The notes: generated by a model not told the origin, from the letters alone. Shown: positions 1 through 12,250, numbered from the stretch's first letter. The stretch: 36,673 nucleotides of DNA from Octopus bimaculoides (GCF_001194135.2 NC_068992.1:23105293-23141965); one strand, 5' to 3'. Made by a program: numbers and translations.

Positions 1-1092
1 TATATATATAATTATATATATATAATATATATATATATATGTATGGTGCGTGTATATGTATATGGTGCAGATAGTCCAGCTTATTGCTCGAGGCATTCGA
101 AACAGGAATCCCTTGTACTCCCGATGCAAAATCACCTCTCATATTTCCACAACATGCGGGTATTCAGAACTAAAGCTACGTATTTTCTTGAGTCACGGCT
201 GCAATAACAATGTATTTTGTCTCAGAATGCTGACCAGCATAGAGCTTCTCTGTGTCGTGCTGCTCTAACCTGTTCAGCAACATGACAATTGGTTCCTCGC
301 TAGCAGCCTAAACACGTTTTAGAACAATTGGCTGAACAGATTGCTCAAGCACGTCAACGCCCTTCTCAAGAACAAGGACCATAACTAATAGCATAGAATA
401 GATTAATCTTCAAAACTGACAAAATCAGATGATGAATGCTGCAAGGCAGTATAACATAGCCTCACTAATGGAATTCGCTGTCAATGTAACCCATCACAGT
501 TCTGGTTTAATGGACGTGAAATGCCGCCATTTTAATGCATTGATATTCATGAGAGACTGCACTAGAAGACCATTAGGCAATTTCGATTTTGTTATTTACT
601 ATAAATCCGAGTTTATCCATATTTCAGACGTACCAGATTTACCTCTTCAGCTACATAAAATGTTCATAATTGATTCACTAGAAGCAAAATATTTGAGAAG
701 AAACATTTAGAGCTTCAACTTTACCATGACCGTGTGAAACTTAAAATCAAACGTTGCTATAGTTGTTCGAGGCAGTTTAACCTTGCAGAATTCAAGAAGT
801 TGCTTATAGATTATTTTGCAAAAGAGAAAATGCTATTATAGCCGCAATGTCCTGTCTGCAGATTTGATGTTACGGTTCTGAAGAACTGCTTCAACATTTG
901 CAGAATTCCCTGCAGGTAACGGAATAGACAATATTGATAGTATATCAGGTACGCTTCAATATGGTATGCCTTCTGCTAACAAAACGTATTTGAAAGAAAA
1001 CCTGTGAAAGAAATTTATGCTGACAAAAACCAGTAACTGTTTCTATTGGATTGCTTGTTGACAAAATTCCAGATGGTGAACTCTTCAGTAAA

Positions 1093-1164
1093 AGGTATGA
1101 CTTGCCGAGAAGTTGTGACTTGCCGAGATGTTGTAATTTGCCGAGAAGGTATGATTTGCCGAGA
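1093..1164 (+). repeat. 18-bp tandem repeat, 4 copies, within the Helitron ORF remnant
   Basis: Units: aggtatgacttgccgaga / agttgtgacttgccgaga / tgttgtaatttgccgaga / aggtatgatttgccgaga. They read RYDLPR SCDLPR CCNLPR RYDLPR in frame. Confidence 0.92.
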
Positions 1165-1643
1165 ATATATTAGCCGCGAAGGTATGGCATTGACGATAAA
1201 AATCTTCACCTTGCAACAAATTTGAAGTTCAATCTAGAGAGATATCAGCAATATATTCAAATATTTAGCGAATTTTACAAAGAATATGTCCTGATATATA
1301 TCCATACTTTCCTGACAACTTAGATTGATAATATCTCAATATACTGAATGCAAATCGTAACTGAGAAAATGGCGTCTCTTCAATTGTATTCTTTTGAGAT
1401 AATAAACATAGGTGATTCAGATAATATATCGCATAACCGACACCATCGATTAAAGGGTTATTTTCTATACCAATACGCCTAATACCAATCTGCTCGTTTG
1501 TACAATATTCGAATCTACAGGCAATATTTACAATTAGATATGTAAAATGCTTTGGTAAGGGCGGCGATGTTGATACAAGCGAATATTTACACTGGCTGTG
1601 ACATTTGACAAGATCCTATGGCACATTGGTAGTCATTTGGTAG

Positions 1644-2407
1644 AGATTTTGGAAACTAACATTATTTGTGGCACTCACCTACAAACTAAATTGCGAAGAC
1701 CTCACAAGTCAATTCAATTAACATCAAACGGTTGCAGATCAACCTGCTATAAGTGAACGACTTTTCAAATTGAATTGAGATCGGCATCAACAAGATTTCG
1801 AATACGACTTTTAGGAATCATGATGAACGTTGTATTATTGAAGACGAGAACTATGTTTACCTCATTGGTGTTTTCACTTTAAATTAGAACACGATCACAG
1901 CATATAGAAAGAAATCGATAGAGCTATTTCTGCCGAAATACACAATCAAATAATACAAGCATCGGAGAGAACTGCATACAACTTTACTGCGCATGTGAAT
2001 GGGAAAATATAGTTTGAATTACACCCACGAGTGAGATTTCCATTCACAAGTATTAAGCTATCCACACTATTTTCCCGAAGTCCTACTAATAAAGTAATAC
2101 TGATATTGTTGGAGTTAAAAAGAGCTCCTTACGTAATTGACGCGATAAACCCTACAATACCTGGTCACTTTAGAAATGCGAAAACTAAATCACTGCTGAA
2201 ATGTGTGCATCAGTTAAAGACATCAAATATCTATAATAGCATTTATTCAAACGCACACACCATGCAATAATCTCGTTGGAACTGGGAAGAGGAACGATTT
2301 CCGCTCAATACTGCGGGTACAAATCAGTAGAAGTGATGATTAAATAGTAATGATCCAGGTACACTGTATCATCTGAATGGTGCTGGAGAAATTTAAAATT
2401 TTCCATT
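1644..2407 (+). pseudogene. Helitron Rep (HUH endonuclease) domain remnant
   Basis: RFWKLTLFVALTYKLNCEDLT resembles the consensus RFGKPDLFITFTCNPxWPEI. RRELCLPHWCFHF resembles FQKRGLPHxHIL. EIDRAISAEI resembles DIDxxISAEIP. EMCASVKDIKYL** resembles EVCASVKSIKYLxKY. SRYTVSSEWCWR resembles ARYxSASEAxWR. In-frame stops are present and the second His and second Tyr of the catalytic motifs are not retained. Confidence 0.88.
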
Positions 2408-3069
2408 CCCAAAAAATAATTCATGCATCAGATTCCCAAACAGTAGCAATTATTTAGCTTATCCAAACTATGCAGAAATTGCCTACAACAAGCATAGGGT
2501 CTCTGAAAACAGAGTTTATTGTGTGAACCTTATGAGGCTGCTGAAACGTGAAATCTTCTATACTGCAACTTCCAGCATCAAATCAAAATTCGCAAAGAAA
2601 AACTAAACAATATTTGTGTATACAACATACATTGTCGATGTCAATGTGTGACAGGGCCTGCTCTAACAGTTTTGAGAAGTACGGCAGTGTACCATACGAA
2701 AGTTTTAAATATGCATGTCAAATAATGTGTTTGAAAATGGAAGGGAATTTAAATGTGCACGATTGTGAGATAAAAAATCTCAGTCTTCAGAGCAGGTTAG
2801 ACATTATAGTTACATATTTATTAATATTCCTCATTTCTGCACTCTGTCTGAGCTTTTAAATGTTTTTTCCAGGTTTCCTTATTGCAGAAGACAGAAAAAG
2901 ATCCTGAAGTTGAAAGGTAACTCTACATTTATAACATTGTTACGCTTCAAAACGTCAGTTGATAGTATTATGAGGTCCATCAGATCATTGTATTTTGCTA
3001 GATACACACCGTCATTAACAAAAAGCAATACATCTTTCAGCCTAGGTATGCTACAGTGATTATGGAAAT

Positions 3070-4401
3070 GCCCTCAATAACTGACAAACGATTATATTTG
3101 AGTAAATAAAAGAAAAAATCATAAGAACGAAAGTAGCATCTGAGAAAATGTCAGCTTTTAACAAAATTTGGAAGCCAGAGTAATTTTATTAGAGCTAAGC
3201 GAAATTTGGTAAATGATGAATGCATGAAATGATCTAATATTTGGAGTCTAAGTAAGATTACATCTTCAGATGACTATAAAATTGCTCAGTTGCCTATTCA
3301 ACAAAGATTGGAGTGCATTCAAGCTACTAAACCACTATGCAAATTTCTTGCGGTAACTAAGCGCAGGAAATGTTACAAATTATTGTTTCGGAAATGGCGC
3401 GTTAGGCGACACTGAGATACAGAGTGATTGGCACAAGGAATATTACTTTTGATACCATCTGTCCCAAACTGAACGAGCCTGTTGGGCGCGGCTGAATCAA
3501 CGTCGACGATTTGGCCAGGTTGACGTGTTTTGGCGATAGTACTTTTCGTACTTATGCAAACACACACGCGTGCAGAAATATGAGCGTAAAAAGAAAGATA
3601 ATGAGAAAGAGAGGTTCTGAGAGACAGAAATGTCGAGTAAGTAAACGTCGAATGAGTGGCATGTAATAGGCGGCCCCAAAACTGCTGTGTAAGACATAAT
3701 AAACTTCAAAGACCCCACCCTATCCCCTATGCTCATTTCGTTCGGTTGTTTATACCGTGATGTGTCAAACATACCACGAATATGTTCCATGAATGTCTTC
3801 AAGAAACACTGAATGTATACTAACAACAAATATCTATTAAGTGTTTCTACGAAATTATGAATAACCTGTGAAATAATGAATGAATAATGATGTGAAGAAA
3901 CAAAAAAAATTATAAAAGAGCATACTGGAAATGTTACTACACTTGGAAGCGTAGATTCAACAGTAAAGGTATATCGAGTTGTCCTTTGTCTAACAGATTG
4001 TTTGAATTCACTAAATATAATTGCTTAAATGCTTGGCTTTTTCAAACTAATATTATAATCTATAGCATTACTTCTTCGAAAGATATACTGAGGAGATTGC
4101 AACTTCAGTGGTAGCTGACGCATAACCTTTAGCACTATTCACTCTACCTACCTTCAGCAGATTTAGGGTCGTTCCCGCTGCACGACTACTAATATTACCT
4201 TTTCAATCGCCTGACACTGATTTAAATTCGGTCAAAAGTTTCAAAAGGCCTTATTTTCATGTCAATAAGAATAGAGGAGAATATTTTCATATGAGCGGAT
4301 TGCATCTTCTGAATCCTTTGTGGAAACACATACAATTACCTATTGCTAAAATAGGAGAGGATTATGAAAACAAGCCATGGAATATACTTGAAGAAAGATA
4401 A
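3070..4401 (+). pseudogene. Helitron PIF1-like SF1B helicase domain remnant
   Basis: LNN*QTIIFE resembles LNxEQxxIF. WSAFKLL resembles HSAFKLP. TGNVTTLGSVDS...TDCLNSL resembles PGExxxYxSxD...PTEFLNSL. VNKNRGEYFHMSGLHLLNPLWKHIQL resembles INKSQGQSLxxxGLxLxxPxFSHGQLYVA. Walker A and B are barely recognisable. Confidence 0.82.
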
Positions 4402-4768
4402 ATTTACCACACAACCAGAAACGCAGATTTACTGATGAAAACAGAATATCATGTAGGAAAGTTATTTGTGAAGTAATCAACAAACTTTATTTCAATAACC
4501 ATCAAGAATATATTTTATTTGAAGAATATTCAATATTATTAGAATTAACGTTTTTATTTAGAATACGTTAAACGATGATTTATTAAGATTTTGCTGAAAA
4601 GGAAACGGTAGTCATTTACTAAGTAAACTCAGTAATCAAGCCAAGGATATCGCACCGAATATAGTAACAGAGCTTAAACACCATTAGTATGTAAATACTA
4701 ATATATTATATATATTTTATATTATAGTTGGCATTTCAATCTAAGCTTTTACCTGTTTGTCATCATTA

Positions 4769-4800
<32 letters not shown>

Positions 4801-4925
4801 NNNNNNNNNNNNNNNNNNNNNNNNNNNNNNNNNNNNNNNNNNNNNNNNNNNNNNNNNNNNNNNNNNNNNNNNNNNNNNNNNNNNNNNNNNNNNNNNNNNN
4901 NNNNNNNNNNNNNNNNNNNNNNNNN
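4801..4925. other. Assembly gap (N run) flanked by (TA)n
   Basis: N run seen directly. Overlapping ORF calls are artefacts. Confidence 0.99.
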
Positions 4926-5208
4926 TATATATATACTGTTGTCTTCAACACACACATTCACATAGAGAATCTTGCAGACCGAATCCAAAGACGAAATATA
5001 TATTATTATAATTATTATTATCATTATATAATAAAACGAATTGTTTATACCTGGAAGCTAATCTATCCTATTGAATTGTTACATTCTCAAATGCCAAAAT
5101 ACAAAATTTACCTCGGGTCGAAACAATTGTAATGATTAATTCAAGTTCTGTTTTCTATCTTCCGTCTCTCATTAACCAATTGTATATGTATGTACATACA
5201 TCCATGCA

Positions 5209-5216
5209 TACACACA

Positions 5217-5285
<69 letters not shown>

Positions 5286-5302
5286 ATACATACACACACA
5301 CA
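5209..5302. repeat. (CA)n microsatellite
   Basis: About 30 uninterrupted CA units at 5221-5280 with degenerate flanks. Confidence 0.97.
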
Positions 5303-6789
5303 TATATATAATACACACACAATCATGGATAAAGCTATACACGTATTTATATAACGTTTGTATATGGGTGTACACAAACTTACACAAATGTATGTACGTG
5401 CAAATAAAATTTTATAAATTCACATATAATTATGTCCAACACTATGCGTGCATCATTACATTTAGCATGAATATATTCAGCATATACTTCGCGTAAAATA
5501 TGTTTAGAGTAATAATATTCCTCTCATAAAATCCATATATATGAATAAGAACACATAAATACAGATGAAACGAAAATGTGCATGGACCTGTGAACAATTT
5601 ATATGTATTTAAGCAACTTTAGATTTGTAGAGTTGTGAGAGGGTAGAATATTTTATTGTCTAATTATGTGTTGCACTTTTCTCTTTGTGTCTTCATAAAG
5701 AAACCTTCAAACGTTGTTATAAATGAACATGCTAGGCAATGTTGACATTTCGTTGAAATGGACTTTCTTTGAATATCAATTACTTCAAGAGATCTAAAAG
5801 TTATATTGTACGCTTTCTTGCGTTTATTTCTTTATTGTTGTCAGAAGGCACTGAAGTAAAACGCCTCGAAGGACATCAAAACCTGTGATAGCAATAATGG
5901 AGTCATACGTGGCGTAAACATAACCGTAGTGCCACTTTACAAAAAAAAAAAATGCTGAATTACCTGTTTGCGACTTTGCCATTGGAAGAATAAACATTTG
6001 TAATAATTGATTTTTTTTTTTTTTGTAAATCTATTTGTCATTAAATATCGTTTGGCTACGATGCCAAATGAGTTTGAGCAAACGTCATTATATAGAAAAT
6101 AAGGTCCTTAATTAAGGGAAGATAATATTTTCGTATCTTTATTATCTAATATAAGTTCTACATATATTTTCACAACAACTCTGAGCTATTTTTTTTGGGG
6201 GGGGGCACAAACACATTCACCCCTTTCGTTCTGTGTAGGACTTAATTTGATTTTAAAGTTGTACGTAACATTTTTCACATTTTCTTTTCTATATACGAAT
6301 ATATTTTCTTCACCTTTATTGTTCATATATCCAGAGAAATATAACAGCAGGTGTAAAGGTATTACCTTTAATATTTTGAAATTCAGATCTACTCTGCGAT
6401 TTGAATGAAATGTCATTTCTGGTAGGTTTTAACATCTAGATAAACAATATTTTTGTTAATTCAGATACCTAGAGATGAATATATGCACATTCTACTTGAT
6501 GTCATATGAGAACTGGGATGTAAGCGTGATATTTCATTATAAAATGAAAGAAACCTTTCTTTCATATGAATAGTTATTAATTTTAAGTGGCATTTTCAAA
6601 AAACAACTATTAGAAAATGTACATGGCTAGGAAATACTATCGTTTTAGAAGTATGCTAACGAAAACTGCAAGCTGTCCAATAAATTGTAAGCTTTTGCAA
6701 CAAAAATACATGACTAGGAAATATATTCAGTATATACATACGTATGTGTGTGTGTGGGGGGGGTATGTGTGTTCGTGCGTATATGTGCC

Positions 6790-6912
6790 TAAGAAGCTTG
6801 CTTCCCAACCACATGGTTCCGGGCAGAGCCCCACTTCGTGGCGCCTTGGGCCGACCAAAGCCTTTTGAATGTATTTAGTAGACGGAAACTGAAAGAAGCC
6901 TATCGTATATAT
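6790..6912 (+). mobile_element. SINE family B copy, partial, with an internal deletion
   Basis: aagaagcttgcttcccaaccacatggttccggg...ccgaccaaagcc...gtagacggaaactgaaagaagcc matches the reverse complement of the copies at 10706-11139 and 25681-26030. Confidence 0.85.
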
Positions 6913-7039
6913 ACAAACATAACAGAAATAGATGTCGTAGTCTTAACTCTGGCTGAAGAGCTTAAGTATGATTTTCATACAGACAGGGACATCAATTGAT
7001 CCCGGAACAATCATATATATATATATATATATATATATA

Positions 7040-7551
7040 NNNNNNNNNNNNNNNNNNNNNNNNNNNNNNNNNNNNNNNNNNNNNNNNNNNNNNNNNNNNN
7101 NNNNNNNNNNNNNNNNNNNNNNNNNNNNNNNNNNNNNNNNNNNNNNNNNNNNNNNNNNNNNNNNNNNNNNNNNNNNNNNNNNNNNNNNNNNNNNNNNNNN
7201 NNNNNNNNNNNNNNNNNNNNNNNNNNNNNNNNNNNNNNNNNNNNNNNNNNNNNNNNNNNNNNNNNNNNNNNNNNNNNNNNNNNNNNNNNNNNNNNNNNNN
7301 NNNNNNNNNNNNNNNNNNNNNNNNNNNNNNNNNNNNNNNNNNNNNNNNNNNNNNNNNNNNNNNNNNNNNNNNNNNNNNNNNNNNNNNNNNNNNNNNNNNN
7401 NNNNNNNNNNNNNNNNNNNNNNNNNNNNNNNNNNNNNNNNNNNNNNNNNNNNNNNNNNNNNNNNNNNNNNNNNNNNNNNNNNNNNNNNNNNNNNNNNNNN
7501 NNNNNNNNNNNNNNNNNNNNNNNNNNNNNNNNNNNNNNNNNNNNNNNNNNN
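7040..7551. other. Assembly gap (N run) between (TA)n and (CA)n
   Basis: N run seen directly. Confidence 0.99.
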
Positions 7552-7604
<53 letters not shown>

Positions 7605-8639
7605 GATATATATATACATATATGTATAGATATATCTATATATTCTATATATATGTGCATATGCATGTATATATACATGTGCGTGTGAGTAAGAGTGTGT
7701 ATGTGTGTTTGTGAGTGTGTGTGTTTTGTGTGTACATTCAGATATGTTAGTATGTGTGGTTGCATGTGTGTGTGTGTATGTTTATAATATTCTGTATGGT
7801 GAATCTTAAGCCGGTTGAGTTATACTTGTATCAACGGCCGCTTATCAAACAATCAAATACTGATATATTTGACACAGTTTCATGCATCTTTTTAAAACTG
7901 GCAATTTTCCTATAGGTATTCATTACTTAAATATACACATAAGCTATGTTTGGTTAGAAGTAAAATGAAACATTTGCTTGTTTCGAAAATACAGGGTGGA
8001 TGTATTATGTATTGTTTTCTTAAGATTCCATAGTAGTTCAGTAAGAAATCTATCTAGCTCTATATCAATATGATATGCTAGTATTATCTGATTCATGCCA
8101 TTCTTGTTTTGGGGATCAGGGATGTATTATATAACTAAATACACTATTATGTTAGCATTTCATTCAAAATAAACGACATTTAAACTGATCAAAAATGTGT
8201 ATGTACGTATAAATATATGTTTGTATGTATGCATGTATATATGCATGTATGTATGTAACCTCTCTGTGTATGCATGTATATGTATGCAGTTTTAATTTAG
8301 TGCACATCATAGATTAAATAGTTATACAGATCTGAATATAAAACAGAATCTACGCAGTTATTCTCCAGATCTTCCAGTTTTGCTGTTTAATTTCCATATA
8401 TATTTTTACTCGCTTCTTTATAAATATTTCATAAATGATTTTATTCCATTTACAACTGTCTCGCCATCCCTCCATCTTTTATGATGTTATAGTTTCATTA
8501 CCTCGACCGGTACATTGCCTATAGCTATCTCTTATTTGATTGAACTCCGTCACCCTTCCTTCGATGTTACATTCTCTGTATCTAGTCCAGTCTGAGCACT
8601 TAGAGTCTGTATCTATTATATATCTTATTTTAACTTATT

Positions 8640-9003
8640 CGTACATGTATGTATGTATATGTTCCTGTATATGTTTGTACGTATACATCTATATATGTGT
8701 GTGTTTGTGTGTGTGTTCGTGTATGTATCTATGTATGCATATATGTAAGTGCATGTGTGCATATATATGTACTTGTCTGTACATGCATATATATATATAT
8801 ATATATATGGAACTACATGTAAGTGCGTGTAAGTATGTATGTTTGTATGAACATGTCTGTATGTATATATGTATTCATGTTCATAAATATGAGCGTATGT
8901 GTGTGTGAGCATGTGTATGTGTATGTGAGTCGGTGTTTTTGTGTGTGCATGCATGCGTGTGTGTTTGTGTGTGTGTGTTCGCATGTGTGCGCGTGTGTGT
9001 GTG
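8640..9003. repeat. Degenerate TG/TA/TATG low-complexity tract
   Basis: Alternating purine-pyrimidine sequence. It explains the C/V/Y/M-rich and H/T-rich ORF calls here. Confidence 0.9.
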
Positions 9004-9917
9004 ACTATTTTCGTTAGTATTTAACATAGTATCCATCACATATATTTATTGATAATGTTTGACTATATATCGAACGCCTACAGCTATACTTAAGCATTTA
9101 AAACTATTTGAAAAGAATGGTTCACTTGATACACACAAAAAATCGAATTTTTGTTAAAATCACGTAGAGATCGAAATCATTACGGGCATAGTTAGTAGAA
9201 AATCTTCGCTTTTGCAATTTTTCGACGTATTCTATTTATTTTTGCAAATTTCGCACTTCATACCGTTTAATGCTCTCTATTCGAAGATTTTCCTTATTTC
9301 GTATGTTGTTTTTATCTAAATGCAATATATTCTCTCTGTCTACACAGTCTGATATATTTTTGAAGATGTTTTTTGACAAGAGTATGTCAAAATATTCACA
9401 TTCGTTTTGCTTGCTACTGCACTACTAGATATTTTTGCTGTTCTTATTGGCTAATGGAAATTAAGTTGTTATCAGTTTAAAGTTGGAGTTCTTCCAATTT
9501 ACCAAAGTTTTGCATTTTCTATGTCGCTGTTCAGTGATGTTGAAATGGAGTTGGCAAAATTTCCAATATAAATTTATGATTTCACTAACAATGAAACGAA
9601 TTTAAAAGAGGCAACATACGAATATGGGAACATTAGCGTCTTACAGAAACTATTCTGCTCCACTAACGCTATTATATATACGTAGATTGAGACTTACAAA
9701 TAAAATATTTGGTTTCTTTTACCGATTCTTTACGGATATCGATGCGAACATAATTTCCTGCAGGTTTTTAAATTTTTTAAATAATGTATAATTACACAGG
9801 CACGTACTTACACACAAACGCACGTATATATGCATGTATGTTTGTGTGTGTGTGTGTTTGTGTGCGTGTGTGTGTGTGTGTGTTTGCAAATTGTGTGTGT
9901 GTCTTTGTGTGTGTACG

Positions 9918-10129
9918 TAGGAGGGGTTACTGAAAAATTCCTGGCTTTCGGTAAATGAAAATAGAGGAGGATCGGATTATATACTACATCCGCCCCTCTC
10001 AGATTCACATATTTATTGCAGTAGTCCTTCAGTATCTCTGAGCCTTGCAATAGAACTCGGAAGCTTGTGCCTCTGGCAAAGCTTTTCGCCATACACTTTA
10101 AGCTAAAATTTTTTCAGCACCCCCTCGTA
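9918..10129. mobile_element. Non-autonomous Tc1/mariner-type MITE (~210 bp)
   Basis: The left end TA-ggaggggttactgaaaaattcctggctt and the reverse complement of the right end, TA-cgaggggtgctgaaaaaattttagctt, form imperfect ~28-bp TIRs. TA dinucleotides at both ends fit the TA target duplication of mariner. No transposase ORF. Confidence 0.82.
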
Positions 10130-10705
10130 CTGGTGCATATGTTCTATGGCCCACTAGCCAACCGGCGAAAAACGAATTTTCTGTGTCTTTGGTGCTAGAC
10201 TATGATTCATACAATGATTTCATGGCTTTTCATAACGATTTTCTCGCAGTCTACGAAATCTCACTTAAATGATTTTGCAGTGATCTGCTTGTATTGGCAT
10301 ACAATCTGCTCTTCTAGTGATTGGCAAATCGAACCCCACCTATTATTTTACTTTACGTACAGTAGTCTTTTACGTGATCAACAAATTCGTAGAACTTAAA
10401 GTGATATACGAAGCCTACGAGGTTTCATAGTAGGGACGTAGGTACTATGCGTGTTCTTGTATTTGTCAGTGAAATATTCTCCACAGCACTAAATCCATAA
10501 TCACATCGCTATAGTTACTTTCATTACATAGAACCCGTATTCAGACATTCCTCACGCCCCTGCGAGAAAAATTTAATAAAGGAACAATTTATCATTTATT
10601 GTATTTGATATGCTTGTATTTGTCTATGTTGTTCATATTCGTGTCGCTAACCACTACGTGTTTTCTCTTATTTGCATGCTATATACTACTTTTTATCATT
10701 TATAG

Positions 10706-11139
10706 ACTGCAGCCATCCTGGGGCTGGTTTTGCCTTGAAATGTTTTGGTCGAACGAATTGTCATCAGTACTTATTTTGTGAAGTCCGCTACTATGTTCTA
10801 CAGATCTCTTACATCAAATTGCTGACTTACAGGGTTGTAAATGAACCAACACCGGTTGTCATGTGGTGGTGAGAGAAAACACAACACACGCACACACACG
10901 TACACACCGCACACACACACATACACACAGACACGCACACACCACATACCGACACACACATATACACACGCACATAGAGAATAGACTCCTCTGAGTTTCC
11001 GGCTACCAAATCTTCCCAAAACGCTTTGGTTTGCCCGAAACTATAGCAAGTGGAACTGCTCCGGGATTTCACTCAATCGTACTGAACTAGGAACAATGTG
11101 GTTGGGAAGAAAGTCCCTTACAAAACACCCACGCCTGCC
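10706..11139 (-). mobile_element. SINE family B, near full-length, with internal (CA)n tract
   Basis: On the minus strand the head ggcaggcgtgggtgttttgtaag...ttcccaaccacattgttcctagttcagt is tRNA-like with degenerate A/B boxes. It is followed by ...accaaagc...gatttggtagccggaaact, a TG tract and the 3' body. Colinear with the copy at 25681-26030. Confidence 0.85.
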
Positions 11140-11569
11140 TCTAAAGATAAATATGTTGTAGACAATAGGCTTGGCTGTGATTTCAGATAATCTGAACTGA
11201 ACAGAAATCATGAACAGAATTTAGTAATATACGGAACAGTATTTGCATTTTTAGCAGCAGTAACTGAGCTCATCTTCTCTAGCGTTTGATTATTATTATT
11301 TTTGGAGATTTACATATCCTTCTAACTGTTGTGATATTCACTTGGTGTCAATGATGCCAAACATCATAAGATATATATCTGGTATTGAGTATATACATGT
11401 ACTCACTTAGATACACGCACACCCACACGCGCACGCGTTCACACATACACACACACGCACACATACATACACACATAGATTCATATTACTTTTATTTATG
11501 TATTATGCATATTCACGAACATACATATGTATGTTTGCAAGGGATACCGATAATCACGAACTCTAAATA

Positions 11570-11600
11570 TACAGTAGTACCTCGGCTTTCGAACAACTCT
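11570..11600 (+). mobile_element. Possible solitary Tigger/pogo-like terminal inverted repeat
   Basis: TA-cagtagtacctcggctttcgaac resembles pogo/Tigger ends (TA-CAGTxGTACCTCG). No partner TIR found. Confidence 0.33.
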
Positions 11601-11629
11601 AGTAACGAATAAATCGTGCTTTTTTATCT

Positions 11630-11638
11630 CTCACTCTT

Positions 11639-11683
<45 letters not shown>

Positions 11684-11712
11684 ATCTCTCTCTATCTATC
11701 TATCTATCTATC
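11630..11712. repeat. (TC)n/(TCTA)n compound microsatellite
   Basis: Seen directly. Confidence 0.95.
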
Positions 11713-12184
11713 TGATATCAATTAATATATGATTTTTTACCCTATGTTTTCATGTGATTAACGATAGCTAAGTTCTCAAACTGGATATATGCGACGCAGT
11801 AAATATTTTCTGCAGACATATTCCCGGAATTAGCGCGCCAAAACGAAGACTTGAATTTTACCATTAAGCTGTAATTAACAGAACCACATACACGTGCACC
11901 TATGACGGTGGGCAACTTTGTATAGGGTTCTGAGAATTATGGTTACATTACGGATTAGGCTGCTGAAGAGAAACAGACATTCGGTAAGGGTGTTAATTTC
12001 GAAACTAGTTCCTGTTTTAATAATAATGTTTTTTCTGTAATTTTAAATGTCTTGCCCGCTTACGCTTTGGTATTCCGCTGAATTTCGTTTTGAGAACAAT
12101 TTAGGTCTTAGTAGACACAAGATGTTATCTATTTCTAGCACATTGAATGTCCACGTTAGTGGTCAACATTATATATAAAAATAG

Positions 12185-12185
<1 letters not shown>

Positions 12186-12232
<47 letters not shown>

Positions 12233-12250
12233 ATATATATATATATATAT
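12186..12250. repeat. (TCTA)n/(TA)n microsatellite
   Basis: Seen directly. Confidence 0.95.

Larger units (their letters stand above)
300..4401 (+). mobile_element. Degenerate autonomous-type Helitron, near-complete RepHel coding remnant with many stops and frameshifts
   Basis: Manual translation across shifting frames gives Helitron motifs in the correct order. N-terminal region: GLMDVKCRHFNALIF (504-548) and DSLEAKYLRRNI*SFN, KIPDGELFSKRYDLP (~1060), YPYFP (~1300), QSARLYNIR (~1490). Rep: RFWKLTLFVALTY (1644), DQPAISERLFKL (1737), LPHWC (~1857), EIDRAISAEI (1911), EMCASVKDIKYL (2198), SRYTVSSEWCWRNLKF (2354), SFEKYGSVPYESFKYAC (2668). Helicase: ALNN*QTIIFE*I (3070), SAFKLL (3312), TGNVTTLGSVDST...TDCLNSLN (3924-4016), LPFQ...VNKNRGEYFHMSGLHLLNPLWKHIQLPIAKIG (4195-4356). 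Compared from memory with the RepHel consensus. Element termini not identified; the 5' boundary is approximate. Confidence 0.9.

Noticed and set aside
4600-4750. Helitron 3' terminal hairpin plus CTRR
   Set aside because: No convincing GC-rich stem followed by CTAG or CTRR could be identified, so the terminus is left unassigned.
4757-7765. Long ORF calls spanning the N gaps (also at 27195-27855 and 34795-35355)
   Set aside because: They are made of X residues plus YIYI/HTHT/CVCV from flanking dinucleotide repeats, so they are artefacts.
8540-9017. Cys/Val/His-rich ORFs, also at 5141-5387, 26868-27334 and 33764-34466
   Set aside because: They are translations of TG/CA/TA microsatellites, not metallothionein-like or zinc-finger proteins.
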